A stretch of 58,239 bases of DNA from Candidatus Blackburnbacteria bacterium RIFCSPHIGHO2_01_FULL_43_15b (GCA_001816385.1 MHBW01000031.1:1-58239); one strand, 5' to 3'; positions 18,225 to 28,100 are shown, counted from the stretch's first letter. Numbers and translations are program-made. Notes: generated by a model from the letters alone, not told the origin.

Positions 18225-20438
18225 ATGGACAAAAACCAAGATCAACTAAACAAAGAAAAAGAAATATACGAGTTCTGGGAAAGCCAGGGATTTTTTCGTG
18301 CCGATCCAAACTCATCTAAAAAGCCTTACTCCCTTTTAATGCCTCCACCCAACTTAACCGGCGACCTTCATTTGGGTCATGCAATGCAACACGCGATTTT
18401 AGATGCTTTAGCCCGCTATAAACGTATGCAAGGCTACGACGTTTTGCTGCTTCCCGGAGTCGACCATGCAGGAATTCAGTTTGAGGGCACGTTTAACAAA
18501 ATCCTTGAAAAAGAAGGTTTGTCAAAACACAAACTAGGCCGCGAAGACTGGTTGAAACGAGCTTGGAAATTTAAAGACGAGGTTTATAAATCCTTCCATA
18601 ACACCTGGACTGTACTCGGAATTTCTGCCGACTGGTCACGCGAAGTATTTACTTTCGAGCCCCGAATCCAAAAAGCAGTGTTCCACGAATTCAAGTCCTT
18701 TTGGGAGCAGGGCCTTCTCTACAAAGGAGCCTACATCGTCCAGTGGTGCCCAAAGTGCGGAACCGCTATCGAAGACCTTGAAATGGAATACCTCGAAAAA
18801 GAAGAGGAGCTTTACTTTGTCCGCTATGTCATTGCGAGTGAAAGCGAAGCAATCTCTAAGGATCAGGGCGGGTCTCCTCGCGATGACGTTATTGTGGTTG
18901 CCACGGCTCGCCCCGAAACCATCTATGCCGACACGGGTATTGCTGTGTATCCTAATCACGCCAAATATTCCGAGTTTATTGGCAAGAAGGCAGTAAATCC
19001 TTTAACCGGAGCACTTATCCCCATCTTTGAAGACAAGCGTGTTGATCCGGAATTTGGAACAGGAGCCTTAAAAATTACACCTGGCCACGATCCCTTAGAT
19101 TATCAAATCGGAAAAGATCACAACCTTCCGATGTTGCACGCTATTGATAAAACCGGACGCACCAACCAACTTACTCAAGATCTTTCTGGCTTAAAGATTG
19201 AAGAGGCCAGGTTAAAAACGACTGAAAAACTTGAGGCAAACGATGCTTTAGAGAAAGTTGAAAATTATACTCACTCAGTCCCCATTTGTGAACGCTGCAA
19301 AACAACAGTTGAGCCTTTGATATCTGAAGAATGGTTTATCAAAATGGAGCCTTTGGCCAAAAAGGCTTTAGAACATATTGGAGAAATTAACTTCTATCCT
19401 GAAAATTATCAAAAAATTCTCACCGACTGGCTGGAAAATATTCATGACTGGTGCATTTCCCGCTCGCTTTGGTGGGGACACAGAATTCCTGTTTGGTACT
19501 GTATAAAATGTAACCCCGGAAAGCTTGTGGGTAAGGACAAAGAAATAATGGTTTCTTTCGAAGAGCCAACCCGGGAGTGTACCTCTTGCGGCAAAAAGCA
19601 CTGGGCACAGGACGAGCAGGTTTTTGATACATGGTTTTCATCCGGCATGTGGCCAATCACCACCCTCGGCTGGCCTCGCCTCGACGAAGCTGGAAGCGAA
19701 GGCGGGCCTGAAGAAACAAGAGAAATCAAGCGTTACTTTCCGTGGGACTTTGAAATAACCGCGCCAGAGATTAAGTATCTTTGGATTGCCAGGATGATTA
19801 TGTTGTCTTTATGGTTTAAAAACGAGATTCCTTTCAAACATATGTTTTTCCACGGTATGCTCCGGCCACTAACTGGTGCAAAGTTTTCCAAGTCTTTGGG
19901 CAACGCCGTTTACCCGAACGAGTTAAGAGATGCTTGGGGAACAGATGCTGTGAGGATGACCCTCTACACATACGCCGCCCCAGGTCGGGATTCACGAACA
20001 TCAAAACAATTAATGGATGATCGCGCCAAAAACTTTCGCAATTTCGGCAACAAGCTCCGGAACATCACCCACTTTATCGTCGACCTAAAGACTTCTGACG
20101 TCACTGCGAGCGAAGCGCGGCAATCCCAACATGAGGACGATTTGTGGATCTTGGATGAACTTGACAAAACCACCAGAGAAGTAACTAAAAACATCGAAAG
20201 TTTCCAGCTGCATCTAGCAACAGAGGAGCTTTATGACTTTATCTGGCATAAATTTGCCGACGTCTATATCGAAAAATCAAAGTCCCGCCGCACCGCAGCC
20301 CAACCTACGCTTGAGTACGTCTTAGACTCTTCTCTTAGGCTATTGCACCCCTTTATGCCGTTTTTGACTGAAGAACTCTGGCAAAAGCTGGGCAATAAAG
20401 AATCCATCATGCTTACTTCTTGGCCAGCCATAAAATGA
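18225..20438 (+). CDS. valS: valyl-tRNA synthetase (short form without a long C-terminal coiled coil)
   Basis: Motifs present: PPPNLTGDLHLGHA (HIGH), PGVDHAGIQ, ATARPET and KFSKSLGN (KMSKS). The start is set at ATG 18225 because ATG 18189 lies in the terminator loop. Confidence 0.9.
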   Translation: MDKNQDQLNKEKEIYEFWESQGFFRADPNSSKKPYSLLMPPPNLTGDLHLGHAMQHAILDALARYKRMQGYDVLLLPGVDHAGIQFEGTFNKILEKEGLSKHKLGREDWLKRAWKFKDEVYKSFHNTWTVLGISADWSREVFTFEPRIQKAVFHEFKSFWEQGLLYKGAYIVQWCPKCGTAIEDLEMEYLEKEEELYFVRYVIASESEAISKDQGGSPRDDVIVVATARPETIYADTGIAVYPNHAKYSEFIGKKAVNPLTGALIPIFEDKRVDPEFGTGALKITPGHDPLDYQIGKDHNLPMLHAIDKTGRTNQLTQDLSGLKIEEARLKTTEKLEANDALEKVENYTHSVPICERCKTTVEPLISEEWFIKMEPLAKKALEHIGEINFYPENYQKILTDWLENIHDWCISRSLWWGHRIPVWYCIKCNPGKLVGKDKEIMVSFEEPTRECTSCGKKHWAQDEQVFDTWFSSGMWPITTLGWPRLDEAGSEGGPEETREIKRYFPWDFEITAPEIKYLWIARMIMLSLWFKNEIPFKHMFFHGMLRPLTGAKFSKSLGNAVYPNELRDAWGTDAVRMTLYTYAAPGRDSRTSKQLMDDRAKNFRNFGNKLRNITHFIVDLKTSDVTASEARQSQHEDDLWILDELDKTTREVTKNIESFQLHLATEELYDFIWHKFADVYIEKSKSRRTAAQPTLEYVLDSSLRLLHPFMPFLTEELWQKLGNKESIMLTSWPAIK
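18828..18887 (+). repeat. 60-bp palindromic element in frame within valS
   Basis: The termini gtcattgcgag (18828-18838) and ctcgcgatgac (18877-18887) are inverted repeats matching at 10 of 11 positions. The element encodes VIASESEAISKDQGGSPRDD. It has the same GTCAT...ATGAC ends as the intergenic hairpin elements. Confidence 0.7.
20099..20125 (+). repeat. hairpin-family-like sequence within valS coding sequence
   Basis: gtcactgcgagcgaagcgcggcaatcc encodes VTASEARQSQ and resembles the 18828 half-element. Confidence 0.45.
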
Positions 20439-20691
20439 AGCTCAATTTCTCGAGCACTGCTTCACCACAAAAAGCTGTTCAGCTAACCACACCTTCGGCG
20501 GAAGAGAAGTATTCATCCACGACCAAAGTCGCGGTTTTCTGCTTTAGCTGACAAGAGGTGTCGAACAATGAATACACAGAGAACAGCCAAACTTGTGGAA
20601 TCCTTCAGCTTACATGGGATGGCTAGGAAATATGATATACGACTTAGAAGATCCTAACGACAAACAAGACTTTTTGTAGGTGCCCGTAGGT

Positions 20692-21447
20692 CTAACTTTC
20701 TGAAGATTTTTCTTTGGCTTCTTCTTCCTCTTTTGGCTCGCCACCGGCGACGCCTTCGGCAGGAGTCTCGCCTTCGACACCTTCTGCTGGAGCGCCTTCT
20801 TCTCCCTCGACGGCGCTAGGAGCAACTTCAACTACTTCTTCTTTGGCTGGCTCAGCAATAGAAACAACAATCCTTTCAGGATCTTCCTCTTTAATCTCAA
20901 CTTTGGATTGGTCAACTTTAAGGTCGGAAACTTTTATGGCATCGTCCACTGCCGCAAGCCCTGAAATATCAACTTGAATGCTGTCTGGAAGATCAGTCGG
21001 CAATGCTTCAACTTCAACTTCATGCATCTGCTGAACCAAAACTCCCTCTTCTGAAGCTACAGCTGGGGATTCACCCACAATTTCAACAGGAACTGTGGCA
21101 GTTACTTTTTCGGATAAGTTAACCTCTAAAAAGTCTACATGTAGAGGTAAATTGTAAACAGGATCTTTGTGGATTTCATGAATCAAAACAGGATGAACTG
21201 ATCCATCAACAGCCAACCCTACAACTCCAGTTTCCCCTGCCAAGTCAAAAACCTTTTTAAATTCGTCAGCTTTCACCTGAACAGAAAAAGACTTGATGTG
21301 CTTTCCTGAAACATTGGCTGGAATTATGCCATTTTTTCGCAGCTTTTTTACCTTTCGGCCAAAAACCTCGCGCTTTTCAGCTTGCAAATTATTTTCAAAT
21401 TGAGACTTTTTAGGAACAGGAGCCTTTTTGTCTTCTATTTTTGCCAT
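20692..21447 (-). CDS. rplY: 50S ribosomal protein L25 (Ctc form) with an acidic C-terminal tail
   Basis: 251 aa. KVKKLRKNGIIPANVSGK...VHPVLIHEIHKDPVYNLPLHVDFLEV is typical of L25/Ctc. The tail is rich in Glu, Ala and Gly. Confidence 0.85.
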   Translation of the reverse strand: MAKIEDKKAPVPKKSQFENNLQAEKREVFGRKVKKLRKNGIIPANVSGKHIKSFSVQVKADEFKKVFDLAGETGVVGLAVDGSVHPVLIHEIHKDPVYNLPLHVDFLEVNLSEKVTATVPVEIVGESPAVASEEGVLVQQMHEVEVEALPTDLPDSIQVDISGLAAVDDAIKVSDLKVDQSKVEIKEEDPERIVVSIAEPAKEEVVEVAPSAVEGEEGAPAEGVEGETPAEGVAGGEPKEEEEAKEKSSES

Positions 21448-24209
21448 TTGGTTGTTAGCAAGAAATCTCTTGCCAGTGTGCTATTGTACCCAACTGACCC
21501 CGAGCCTGTCAATGAAGGTGTCGGTATTGCTTCCTCCAGGTTTGATTTTGTGTTGTTGACAGTCAGCCAAAAAGCATCTTTTGAGGTTCCAGGCTGTTTC
21601 TGCCACAACAACAAATAACTTAAAGGTTGTAAAGCTTGGCCAGATTCCCAAGAAACCATTAGTTGTCGCTCCTCTCCCCCTGGCACAACCACATAACCCC
21701 CAAACAGGGTTTTGTTCCCTTGGTTTGCAAAATCCAGATTTACATTCTCCTGCAAACTTTTTTTTTGGTCAATAAAAAAAGCCTTAGAATTTGTGGTACC
21801 CGCGGGAACAAGGACTTTAAAGTAATTTTTGTAGTCATTTTTTGAGCTGTTTTTATAAAAAACAGTCAGCTTTCTTAAAGTTCTTCCATTTTGCACAAAA
21901 ACATCCAAAGAGAAAGATCTTTTCAGGTAATAACTTGTACTTCCCTCGCCCATGTTGGAATCTGCGAAGTTAAGGTAATCAGAAAAACAGGGATCTCCCC
22001 CTGAACAGGCAGCATGTTTGGTGGAACCACCCCACTTACCCTCGGTCAGGATGTTTTGGATTTGGGCATCGTTAACAAAAAGCATGATATGTTTTTGATC
22101 CAAATTTTCTAAACTTGCTACCCCCAACAAATCCCCTACTTTACTTGGGTTTCTAGTCAGGCTATCATAGAGTTGATTAAAAATATCAACCACGACCTGC
22201 TGCTTTTCCTCATTGTTCTTGCCTAAAACCAGTTTATATAAACTTTTAGAATCCACGCTTACCCCTCCGACTACTACTGGACCAGCTTCCTTGATTAAAT
22301 CCTCCAAGAAATCCAGATCAACAGAAATTACCCCGTCTATTTTTTGATCCAATTCTTTGTCTGCAAACCAAATCGCCCTCTTAGCAACCAATGAAAAATC
22401 CTGATCCCAGAAAACATCCCTAAGCATCCAGTTCTGTTGGCTGGCGTATTTTGCAAGCGGTTGGGGCGGACTTACCTTACCTTTAAGCTGGCCGTCCGCT
22501 ACTGAGGTTTTGAAAAACTCTCCTGAGATTAATCTCCCTTTATCAAATGTAAGAATGCCATACCCCAAAACAACTCCACCACCTGGTCTTGTTTGTGTAT
22601 TATCCTGAATAAGTATCAGATAAGACTTTCTTGTTTTATATCCCAGAATACCTCCTAAATTTGCCGCCAGATCTGAAATGGTTCGGGCTCGGCCTCGCAA
22701 ATCTGACAGTTGAGAGTTTGAGTCCCCCAACCGCTTTGTCACCAAATCGGACAAATCTTTATTGTCTTGTATCTCGGTAGCTAAGAAGGCCAAGCTTTGG
22801 CCAAGTGATGAGTTTTGAACCGACAACAAGCTGGCAAGTGGTGCAATTGAGTAAGAATCCTCGCCCAAAACCTTTTCAAATAGAGAGTTTGTTGATTCCC
22901 TTATGCTCCTTTTTTCTTTGACGATATCAATAATTCTATCCAACACTCTCCCCTTTTGAGCCATGGTAGTTGAAGCTGCCTTTAAGGGAGGGAAAAACGA
23001 CCACCTTAAAAAACTTTCCTGAGAGTTCTTAAACCAAAAACTGGAAATATTTGCCCAAGTTTCGGCTCGGTGCAAATCCTTCTTTCTTACCTTATTTTGA
23101 GCAACTTGTAGGTTTACCAGCCCAAAAAACAACTCAATAAATGGAAAGGCAAAAAACCACAACAAGAAAATAAGCAAGACAAAAAGGACAGTCAGGTTAA
23201 CTTTCCTTTCGGTCTTTTTATTGTTTTTCGCTTTTACTCCAGGTGTGTCTTTTTCTTTTTCCTTGGGTAAGCTATTTTGCCAAAAACCCACGTAAGGCGA
23301 TGGCTCTAGCTCTTTTGTGGTCGCTATCTTGCTTTTGTTTTTTTTAAACCACTCAAGAGTACTGGCTAAACCTTCAGTAAGGGTAGTGTGGGCCTCCCAG
23401 TTAACAAGCTCCCTACCTTCTCTTAATATTCCTCGTCCTAAAAGCTTTTGACGGTTAGGATATTTGTTTTGGTTTGTGTATTCTATGGAGACACTTCCGT
23501 TTAGAGATTTGATGGTCTCTGTAATTGTTGAAAGCGTAGATTTATCACCCGATAAAGAAATTGTTGATCCTTTAGTGCCAGGAGACAATAAGCTTTTAAC
23601 AATTCCCCATACAGCGTCGTCAACAAACAAAGGATAAAAATAAACTTCTTCTCTGGGTACTTTGAGTTTTTCGCTGGTAATGTATTCCTTAATCAGTTGA
23701 GATAAAGGGTTATTTTCAAAAACCATGCGAGGTCCGTAAATATCGCCGAGATGAATAATGCGAAAGTTTATCTTTTGTTTGGAAAACTCTTCGTCTAAGA
23801 TTTGAACAAATTTCTTTTCCTGTTCTGGTGTGTGAATGAAATCATATGCTGATTCCTCATCCAAAAAAGTTGAGATATATAAATAACGTGAGCCAAACCT
23901 GTCAACTAGCTTAAGTAAAAACCTTGTGTTATTAGAATCTACACCGCAAACATCAACTATATAATTAAGCCGCTCAACGTTTTCAAAAAATACTTCCAGA
24001 TTGCCAACGTCAACTAAGGCTATTTGAGGATTATTTTTTAGGTTAGAAGTATTTTCTTTGGAATTATTGTCAAAATCATTAACAGAAATTACTCGAATTT
24101 TTTTCTCTAAAAATTCTTCACACAATCTACTACCAATTAGACTAGATCCACCAAAAACCAAAGCAACAGGAGAATGACTATCAAAAAAATTTTCTGGGGG
24201 AGGAGACAT
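21435..24209 (-). CDS. fusion of an NAD-dependent epimerase/dehydratase-like domain, a TM segment and a DUF4012-like domain
   Basis: 924 aa. The N-terminal Rossmann domain begins VFGGSSLIGSRLCEEF. A central TM segment (VLFVLLIFLLWFFAFPFIELFF) follows. The C-terminal part (GGILGYKTRKSYLILIQDNTQTRPGGGVVLGYG) resembles DUF4012. Confidence 0.7.
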   Translation of the reverse strand: MSPPPENFFDSHSPVALVFGGSSLIGSRLCEEFLEKKIRVISVNDFDNNSKENTSNLKNNPQIALVDVGNLEVFFENVERLNYIVDVCGVDSNNTRFLLKLVDRFGSRYLYISTFLDEESAYDFIHTPEQEKKFVQILDEEFSKQKINFRIIHLGDIYGPRMVFENNPLSQLIKEYITSEKLKVPREEVYFYPLFVDDAVWGIVKSLLSPGTKGSTISLSGDKSTLSTITETIKSLNGSVSIEYTNQNKYPNRQKLLGRGILREGRELVNWEAHTTLTEGLASTLEWFKKNKSKIATTKELEPSPYVGFWQNSLPKEKEKDTPGVKAKNNKKTERKVNLTVLFVLLIFLLWFFAFPFIELFFGLVNLQVAQNKVRKKDLHRAETWANISSFWFKNSQESFLRWSFFPPLKAASTTMAQKGRVLDRIIDIVKEKRSIRESTNSLFEKVLGEDSYSIAPLASLLSVQNSSLGQSLAFLATEIQDNKDLSDLVTKRLGDSNSQLSDLRGRARTISDLAANLGGILGYKTRKSYLILIQDNTQTRPGGGVVLGYGILTFDKGRLISGEFFKTSVADGQLKGKVSPPQPLAKYASQQNWMLRDVFWDQDFSLVAKRAIWFADKELDQKIDGVISVDLDFLEDLIKEAGPVVVGGVSVDSKSLYKLVLGKNNEEKQQVVVDIFNQLYDSLTRNPSKVGDLLGVASLENLDQKHIMLFVNDAQIQNILTEGKWGGSTKHAACSGGDPCFSDYLNFADSNMGEGSTSYYLKRSFSLDVFVQNGRTLRKLTVFYKNSSKNDYKNYFKVLVPAGTTNSKAFFIDQKKSLQENVNLDFANQGNKTLFGGYVVVPGGEERQLMVSWESGQALQPLSYLLLWQKQPGTSKDAFWLTVNNTKSNLEEAIPTPSLTGSGSVGYNSTLARDFLLTTKWQK

Positions 24210-24329
24210 GCTTTAATGGTATTCAAATTCTGGTCATATTGCAACAAATTGACAAAAGAAAAAATGAGTAAAAAAAGGTTTCGGCCCAGACGTGAAAGTT
24301 TCACGCGTTTTATGCGTTTGATGTGGAAC

Positions 24330-24761
24330 TTATAAAGCCAGGGGAGAGTTATCCAGTGCTTTGTTAACAAGAAGATCGGCTTCCTTGTTTTCTTCCCTGG
24401 GAATATGTTGGTATGTAACTCCTGCTTTGAATCTTGTTTCTTGAGCTTTAATTAATAAAACCAACCTTTTTAGGTTTTCATTTTTAATTTTAAAAAGACC
24501 TTTCAATTGGTTGACCACCAACTGAGAGTCGAGAAAAAAATTTATTGAAAAATTTTCCTTATTGTTCTCTACTAACCAATCCATGGCCATTTTAACGGCT
24601 GTATATTCTGCAACGTTATTTGTCGTATACCCAATTTTTTTAGCGCTTTGAAAAATTATATTATTGTCACAATCCTTAACCAAAAAGGCACTGGCAGCAG
24701 GACCAGGGTTACCTCGAGCGCCACCATCTGAAAATACTTTGAGGGAATTCTTACTTTCCAT
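24330..24761 (-). CDS. ribonuclease HI-family protein
   Basis: The start is set at M37 of the ORF (MESKNSLKVFSDGGARGNPGPAA...). NNVAEYTAV, DSQLVVNQ and REENKEAD supply the D-E-D-D catalytic pattern. Confidence 0.8.
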   Translation of the reverse strand: MESKNSLKVFSDGGARGNPGPAASAFLVKDCDNNIIFQSAKKIGYTTNNVAEYTAVKMAMDWLVENNKENFSINFFLDSQLVVNQLKGLFKIKNENLKRLVLLIKAQETRFKAGVTYQHIPREENKEADLLVNKALDNSPLAL

Positions 24762-26040
24762 TTTCTTTTTCAGCAAACAAAAGTGAGTATATGGTTTTAG
24801 GGAAAGAAAGAAAAGAGGGACGAAGATTTGCGAGTCGATAAAGGGCAACTGAGGAACAGACAAAAACAAAGGCTTCAGTTACAACAGTCATTACCGACGC
24901 TGCCTGATACGAGTAAAGGGGGACAAGCAAGAGGTTTAGAATTAAATTTAGGATCAACGCAAAAACTCCGATTACCAAGGAGGTTTTTTGCTTACCCAAA
25001 GCAATTAATGAATAACCAGTTAAATGGTTGAAAAAAGAAAAGATTAAAGCAATAGATAAAATTCGCAGAGGCACGACAGAGGGTAGAGAACTTGCCCCCC
25101 AAAGTAATTCTACAGATGGCGCTAAAATAAAAGTTATTAAGAATAGTGCCAAACAGGATATAAGAAGAATGTCGAAGGTTTTTTGATAAATATATCGAAT
25201 ATTTTCAAAAGCTTTTTGAGAAGATAAAAGGGGATAGGCCGCACTAACTATAAAGGCGGCCACGGTAGTCAGCGTCTCGTAAATCTTGTAGGAAAGCCCA
25301 TAAATGCCAACATTGGCCGTTCCCCAATAATGTTGCAAAATTAAAATATCAATTCTGTTGTAGATTGAAAAAACAATAAGTAGTGTTCCACTTGGCAATG
25401 CCTCTTTGATTATTTTTTTACTAACCCTCCAATCAAAGGAAAATCTTTTTAGATAACCTTGGGCGAACCAAAAGCCCAGAAATGCCGAAAGCCCCGTTGC
25501 TATAACCCAGGAGAGCATGACATAAGACACATTAAAGTTTTTAACCAAAAAAGCCAGTGACAATAGCAAGAAGGCGAAAGATAACAAAACCTCCATTATT
25601 GTTAATGCTCCAAATCGCATGGTTGTTTGAAGAATAATCCCCAGAGAGTTTTTCAGAGATAACAAAAGAAGAACAAAAGAGGCGATCGTTGTTGGTAAAA
25701 CAAATGCCTGCCATTCAATGCTTGTACGAATTACTATATTTACTAAAATGACGGCAACGAAAGAGAGGATAAAGCGAAGGGTAATACTACTTGTAAAGAT
25801 TGTATTTTGGGATTCTAATTTAGTACTCGATGCTTCGCGCACCACTATCAAATTAGTACCCCAGTCCGCAATGTTACCAAAAAACAATACAAACGCCGTG
25901 ACGAATATATAAACACCATAACCCTCATTGCCAAGCTTTTCTCGCAATATCCAGGTTAAGAAAAGGGAAGATAAAACAGTCAGAACCTTACCTGCTATCT
26001 GAAAAGAGGCGTTTTTAAAGATTAGACGTCCTGTGTCCAC
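24751..26040 (-). CDS. MOP-superfamily flippase (Wzx/MurJ-like polysaccharide or lipid-linked oligosaccharide exporter)
   Basis: 429 aa with about 12 TM helices and typical polysaccharide-biosynthesis-protein topology. It overlaps the RNase H start by 11 nt. Confidence 0.65.
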   Translation of the reverse strand: MDTGRLIFKNASFQIAGKVLTVLSSLFLTWILREKLGNEGYGVYIFVTAFVLFFGNIADWGTNLIVVREASSTKLESQNTIFTSSITLRFILSFVAVILVNIVIRTSIEWQAFVLPTTIASFVLLLLSLKNSLGIILQTTMRFGALTIMEVLLSFAFLLLSLAFLVKNFNVSYVMLSWVIATGLSAFLGFWFAQGYLKRFSFDWRVSKKIIKEALPSGTLLIVFSIYNRIDILILQHYWGTANVGIYGLSYKIYETLTTVAAFIVSAAYPLLSSQKAFENIRYIYQKTFDILLISCLALFLITFILAPSVELLWGASSLPSVVPLRILSIALIFSFFNHLTGYSLIALGKQKTSLVIGVFALILNLILNLLLVPLYSYQAASVMTVVTEAFVFVCSSVALYRLANLRPSFLSFPKTIYSLLFAEKENGK

Positions 26041-26044
26041 AAAG

Positions 26045-26554
26045 TTATTGTATCAGTTTAATAACCAGATGACGCTCCCTACCTTCACCTTCTGACTCAG
26101 CCACAATTTCACTTTCGTCTGTTAGAAGTATATGCACAAACCTGCGCTCAGCTGGGGTAAGATCGTAAATATGTTGAGCAACTCCGGTATTCCGTGCTTT
26201 ACCAACCGCCGTTTGAGCAATATTTCTCAAAGTTTCTTCCCTTTTGGATTTCCAATCTCCAACATTGACAAGAATATTGGCAGCTTCTCCCAATCGGTTA
26301 AAAGCAATTTGTCGCAAAATTGTCTGAAAAGACGAAAGGGTCTCACCGCGATGTCCGATTAAAACTCCGGCCTGCTCGGTTTCTATTTGAACGTTAACGA
26401 ACCCGTTTTCTTTATCCTCGGTAACATCCACAGTACCATCAATACCCACAAGCTCTAGCAATTCCTCTGCTTGATCTTTTGTTACCTCTGCTGTCAGAGC
26501 GCCTCCTGCTTTTGGTGCATTTGGTATCTTTCCAGCTTTTGTACTAACTGCCAT
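26045..26554 (-). CDS. jag: Jag/KhpB-like RNA-binding protein (KH + R3H domains)
   Basis: 169 aa with a KH-like segment (VLIGHRGETLSSFQTIL) and an R3H-like segment (LTPAERRFVHILL). It sits in the conserved position downstream of yidC. Confidence 0.8.
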   Translation of the reverse strand: MAVSTKAGKIPNAPKAGGALTAEVTKDQAEELLELVGIDGTVDVTEDKENGFVNVQIETEQAGVLIGHRGETLSSFQTILRQIAFNRLGEAANILVNVGDWKSKREETLRNIAQTAVGKARNTGVAQHIYDLTPAERRFVHILLTDESEIVAESEGEGRERHLVIKLIQ

Positions 26555-26602
26555 AGCTTTGGTATTGTACCAGTTTTACCTGAATCTGACAAAGAGGAGT
26601 TT

Positions 26603-27397
26603 TTAAGAAGCCTTCCGGATTTTATTAACCCAGGGAGCCAGACCGCCCCAGCCGGAAACAAAATACTGTTGAACTGCCTGAAAAAGGGAGAATGTACCCC
26701 AATATAAAACAACCCCTAGTGGAAAATTTAAGCCAATAAATAAAGTAATTAAGGGGAAAAGATATGTCATTTGGGATTGCATAGAAGCCGCTATGTCGTC
26801 AAATCCTTCTTCGGTCTTTTTGGCTACCTTCTCAGCGGCTTGAACATTGGGCATCATCATTTTGGATGATAATAACTGCAGAAAGGCCACGACAATCAAA
26901 AACACCCCCGGAAGGGCAAATGGGATACCATTTGCATTAAACACATCGGGCTTGGTTAAATCGCGGCCGAGGAAAAATCTGTTAACCTCACCATTAATCT
27001 GCAAAGCTGGATAGAGAACTTTATTTAACTGATGGGTTATGTCTGGGCCCTGAAAGACATTGGAAAACCCACTAAATAAAGCAATAAGGACGACAATGCT
27101 GACAACCTGAGGTAAACACCCCGAGGCAGGATTAATTCCTTTTTCCTTATAAAAATCTGCTTGTGCCTGTAAAAGTTTTTTCTTGTCGTCTTTGTATTTT
27201 TCCTTAAGTTTTCTAAGTTCCGGGTTGTATTCCTTCATCTTTTGCATCATTTTCATTGAAGGTAAGGTAAGGGGAGTTAACAAGAGGCGAACAAAAGCGG
27301 TAAAGCCAATTATAGCCAAACCCAAATTACTAAACAGCAAATGATAAAAAATTATCAAAAGGTTTAATAAAGGTTGAGTAATAATGTTTAAATTCAT
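26603..27397 (-). CDS. yidC: membrane protein insertase YidC (short form)
   Basis: 264 aa. Contains LTPLTLPSMKMMQKMKEYNPELRKLKEKYKDDKKKL...GCLPQVVSIVVLIALF and lies in the conserved rnpA-yidD-yidC synteny. Confidence 0.9.
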   Translation of the reverse strand: MNLNIITQPLLNLLIIFYHLLFSNLGLAIIGFTAFVRLLLTPLTLPSMKMMQKMKEYNPELRKLKEKYKDDKKKLLQAQADFYKEKGINPASGCLPQVVSIVVLIALFSGFSNVFQGPDITHQLNKVLYPALQINGEVNRFFLGRDLTKPDVFNANGIPFALPGVFLIVVAFLQLLSSKMMMPNVQAAEKVAKKTEEGFDDIAASMQSQMTYLFPLITLFIGLNFPLGVVLYWGTFSLFQAVQQYFVSGWGGLAPWVNKIRKAS

Positions 27398-27399
27398 GT

Positions 27400-27609
27400 T
27401 TAGTTAAGTTGGTTACATTTAAGCACGCGTCCTGCACCCTTTTTCAAACCTGGCAGAACACCAAATCTCTTTACAGCCTGGTAGGTATATTCCGAACAGG
27501 TTGGGGCTTGGGGACAACCTCCACCAACAACAAAGCTTAACAAGCCCCCTCTTCCACCAAATAATATCTGATATGTTCGAATCAAAAAGCAAACTGTATT
27601 TTTCAACAT
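27400..27609 (-). CDS. yidD: membrane protein insertion efficiency factor YidD
   Basis: 69 aa. IRTYQ...CPQAPTCSEYTYQAVKRFG matches the YidD signature. Confidence 0.85.
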   Translation of the reverse strand: MLKNTVCFLIRTYQILFGGRGGLLSFVVGGGCPQAPTCSEYTYQAVKRFGVLPGLKKGAGRVLKCNQLN

Positions 27610-27612
27610 GTC

Positions 27613-27954
27613 TCAAACTAAGGATACCAAATTGAAACAGCTTTTTAAGTCCTCAAAAAGAGCCAATTTATCTTGAGAAGAAGCACTGTTTTTGGCTACC
27701 ACCACAACATCTAAACCTCTTTCAAATCCGGCAATTTGATCCTGAACAAACGAGCGAATTGCCCTTTTTATCATATTACGAACTACGGCACTTTTGGAAA
27801 CTTTATTGGAAACAATTACCCCAAATCTGCTTTTTTTACTTGAACCATTACTTAATATAATTACATTAAAGAATTTACCCCTGATGTTCTTACCTTTTGA
27901 AAAAACTTGATCAAAATCATTTTTTGAAGTAAGTCTGTGTTGATGGGGAAGCAT
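27613..27954 (-). CDS. rnpA: ribonuclease P protein component
   Basis: 113 aa. It has a basic RNR-like motif (VVRNMIKRAIR) and is positioned after rpmH. Confidence 0.85.
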   Translation of the reverse strand: MLPHQHRLTSKNDFDQVFSKGKNIRGKFFNVIILSNGSSKKSRFGVIVSNKVSKSAVVRNMIKRAIRSFVQDQIAGFERGLDVVVVAKNSASSQDKLALFEDLKSCFNLVSLV

Positions 27955-28100
27955 TATTTTATAGAAATTGCTCTGCGGCCTTTCTTTTGTCTTCTTGTAA
28001 TTACTCTTCTGCCAGACTTGGTTTTTGCGCGAGCCCTGTATCCAGTTTTCCTTCTTCGCCTGGTTTTACTTGGTTGATATGTTCTCTTTGTAGACACCAA
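27954..28100 (-). CDS. rpmH: 50S ribosomal protein L34
   Basis: [41 protein letters not shown] is an L34 sequence. The start is probably TTG 28100 or GTG 28097, not the upstream ATG of the 61-aa ORF. Confidence 0.85.
   Translation of the reverse strand: MVSTKRTYQPSKTRRRRKTGYRARAKTKSGRRVITRRQKKGRRAISIK

Noticed and set aside
20439-20691. The 253-bp valS/rplY convergent spacer as a candidate small RNA or tRNA. It shows local hairpins (cttc-ggcg-gaag and cgac-caaa-gtcg) and a 9-bp long-range pairing between gttcagctaa and ttagctgac.
   Set aside because: No tRNA T-loop, SRP, 6S or tmRNA signature was found by eye, and the stems are short. A covariance-model scan could reopen it.
27419-27616. 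The 65-aa ORF overlapping yidD in another frame.
   Set aside because: The yidD frame carries the conserved YidD signature, and the alternative frame has none.
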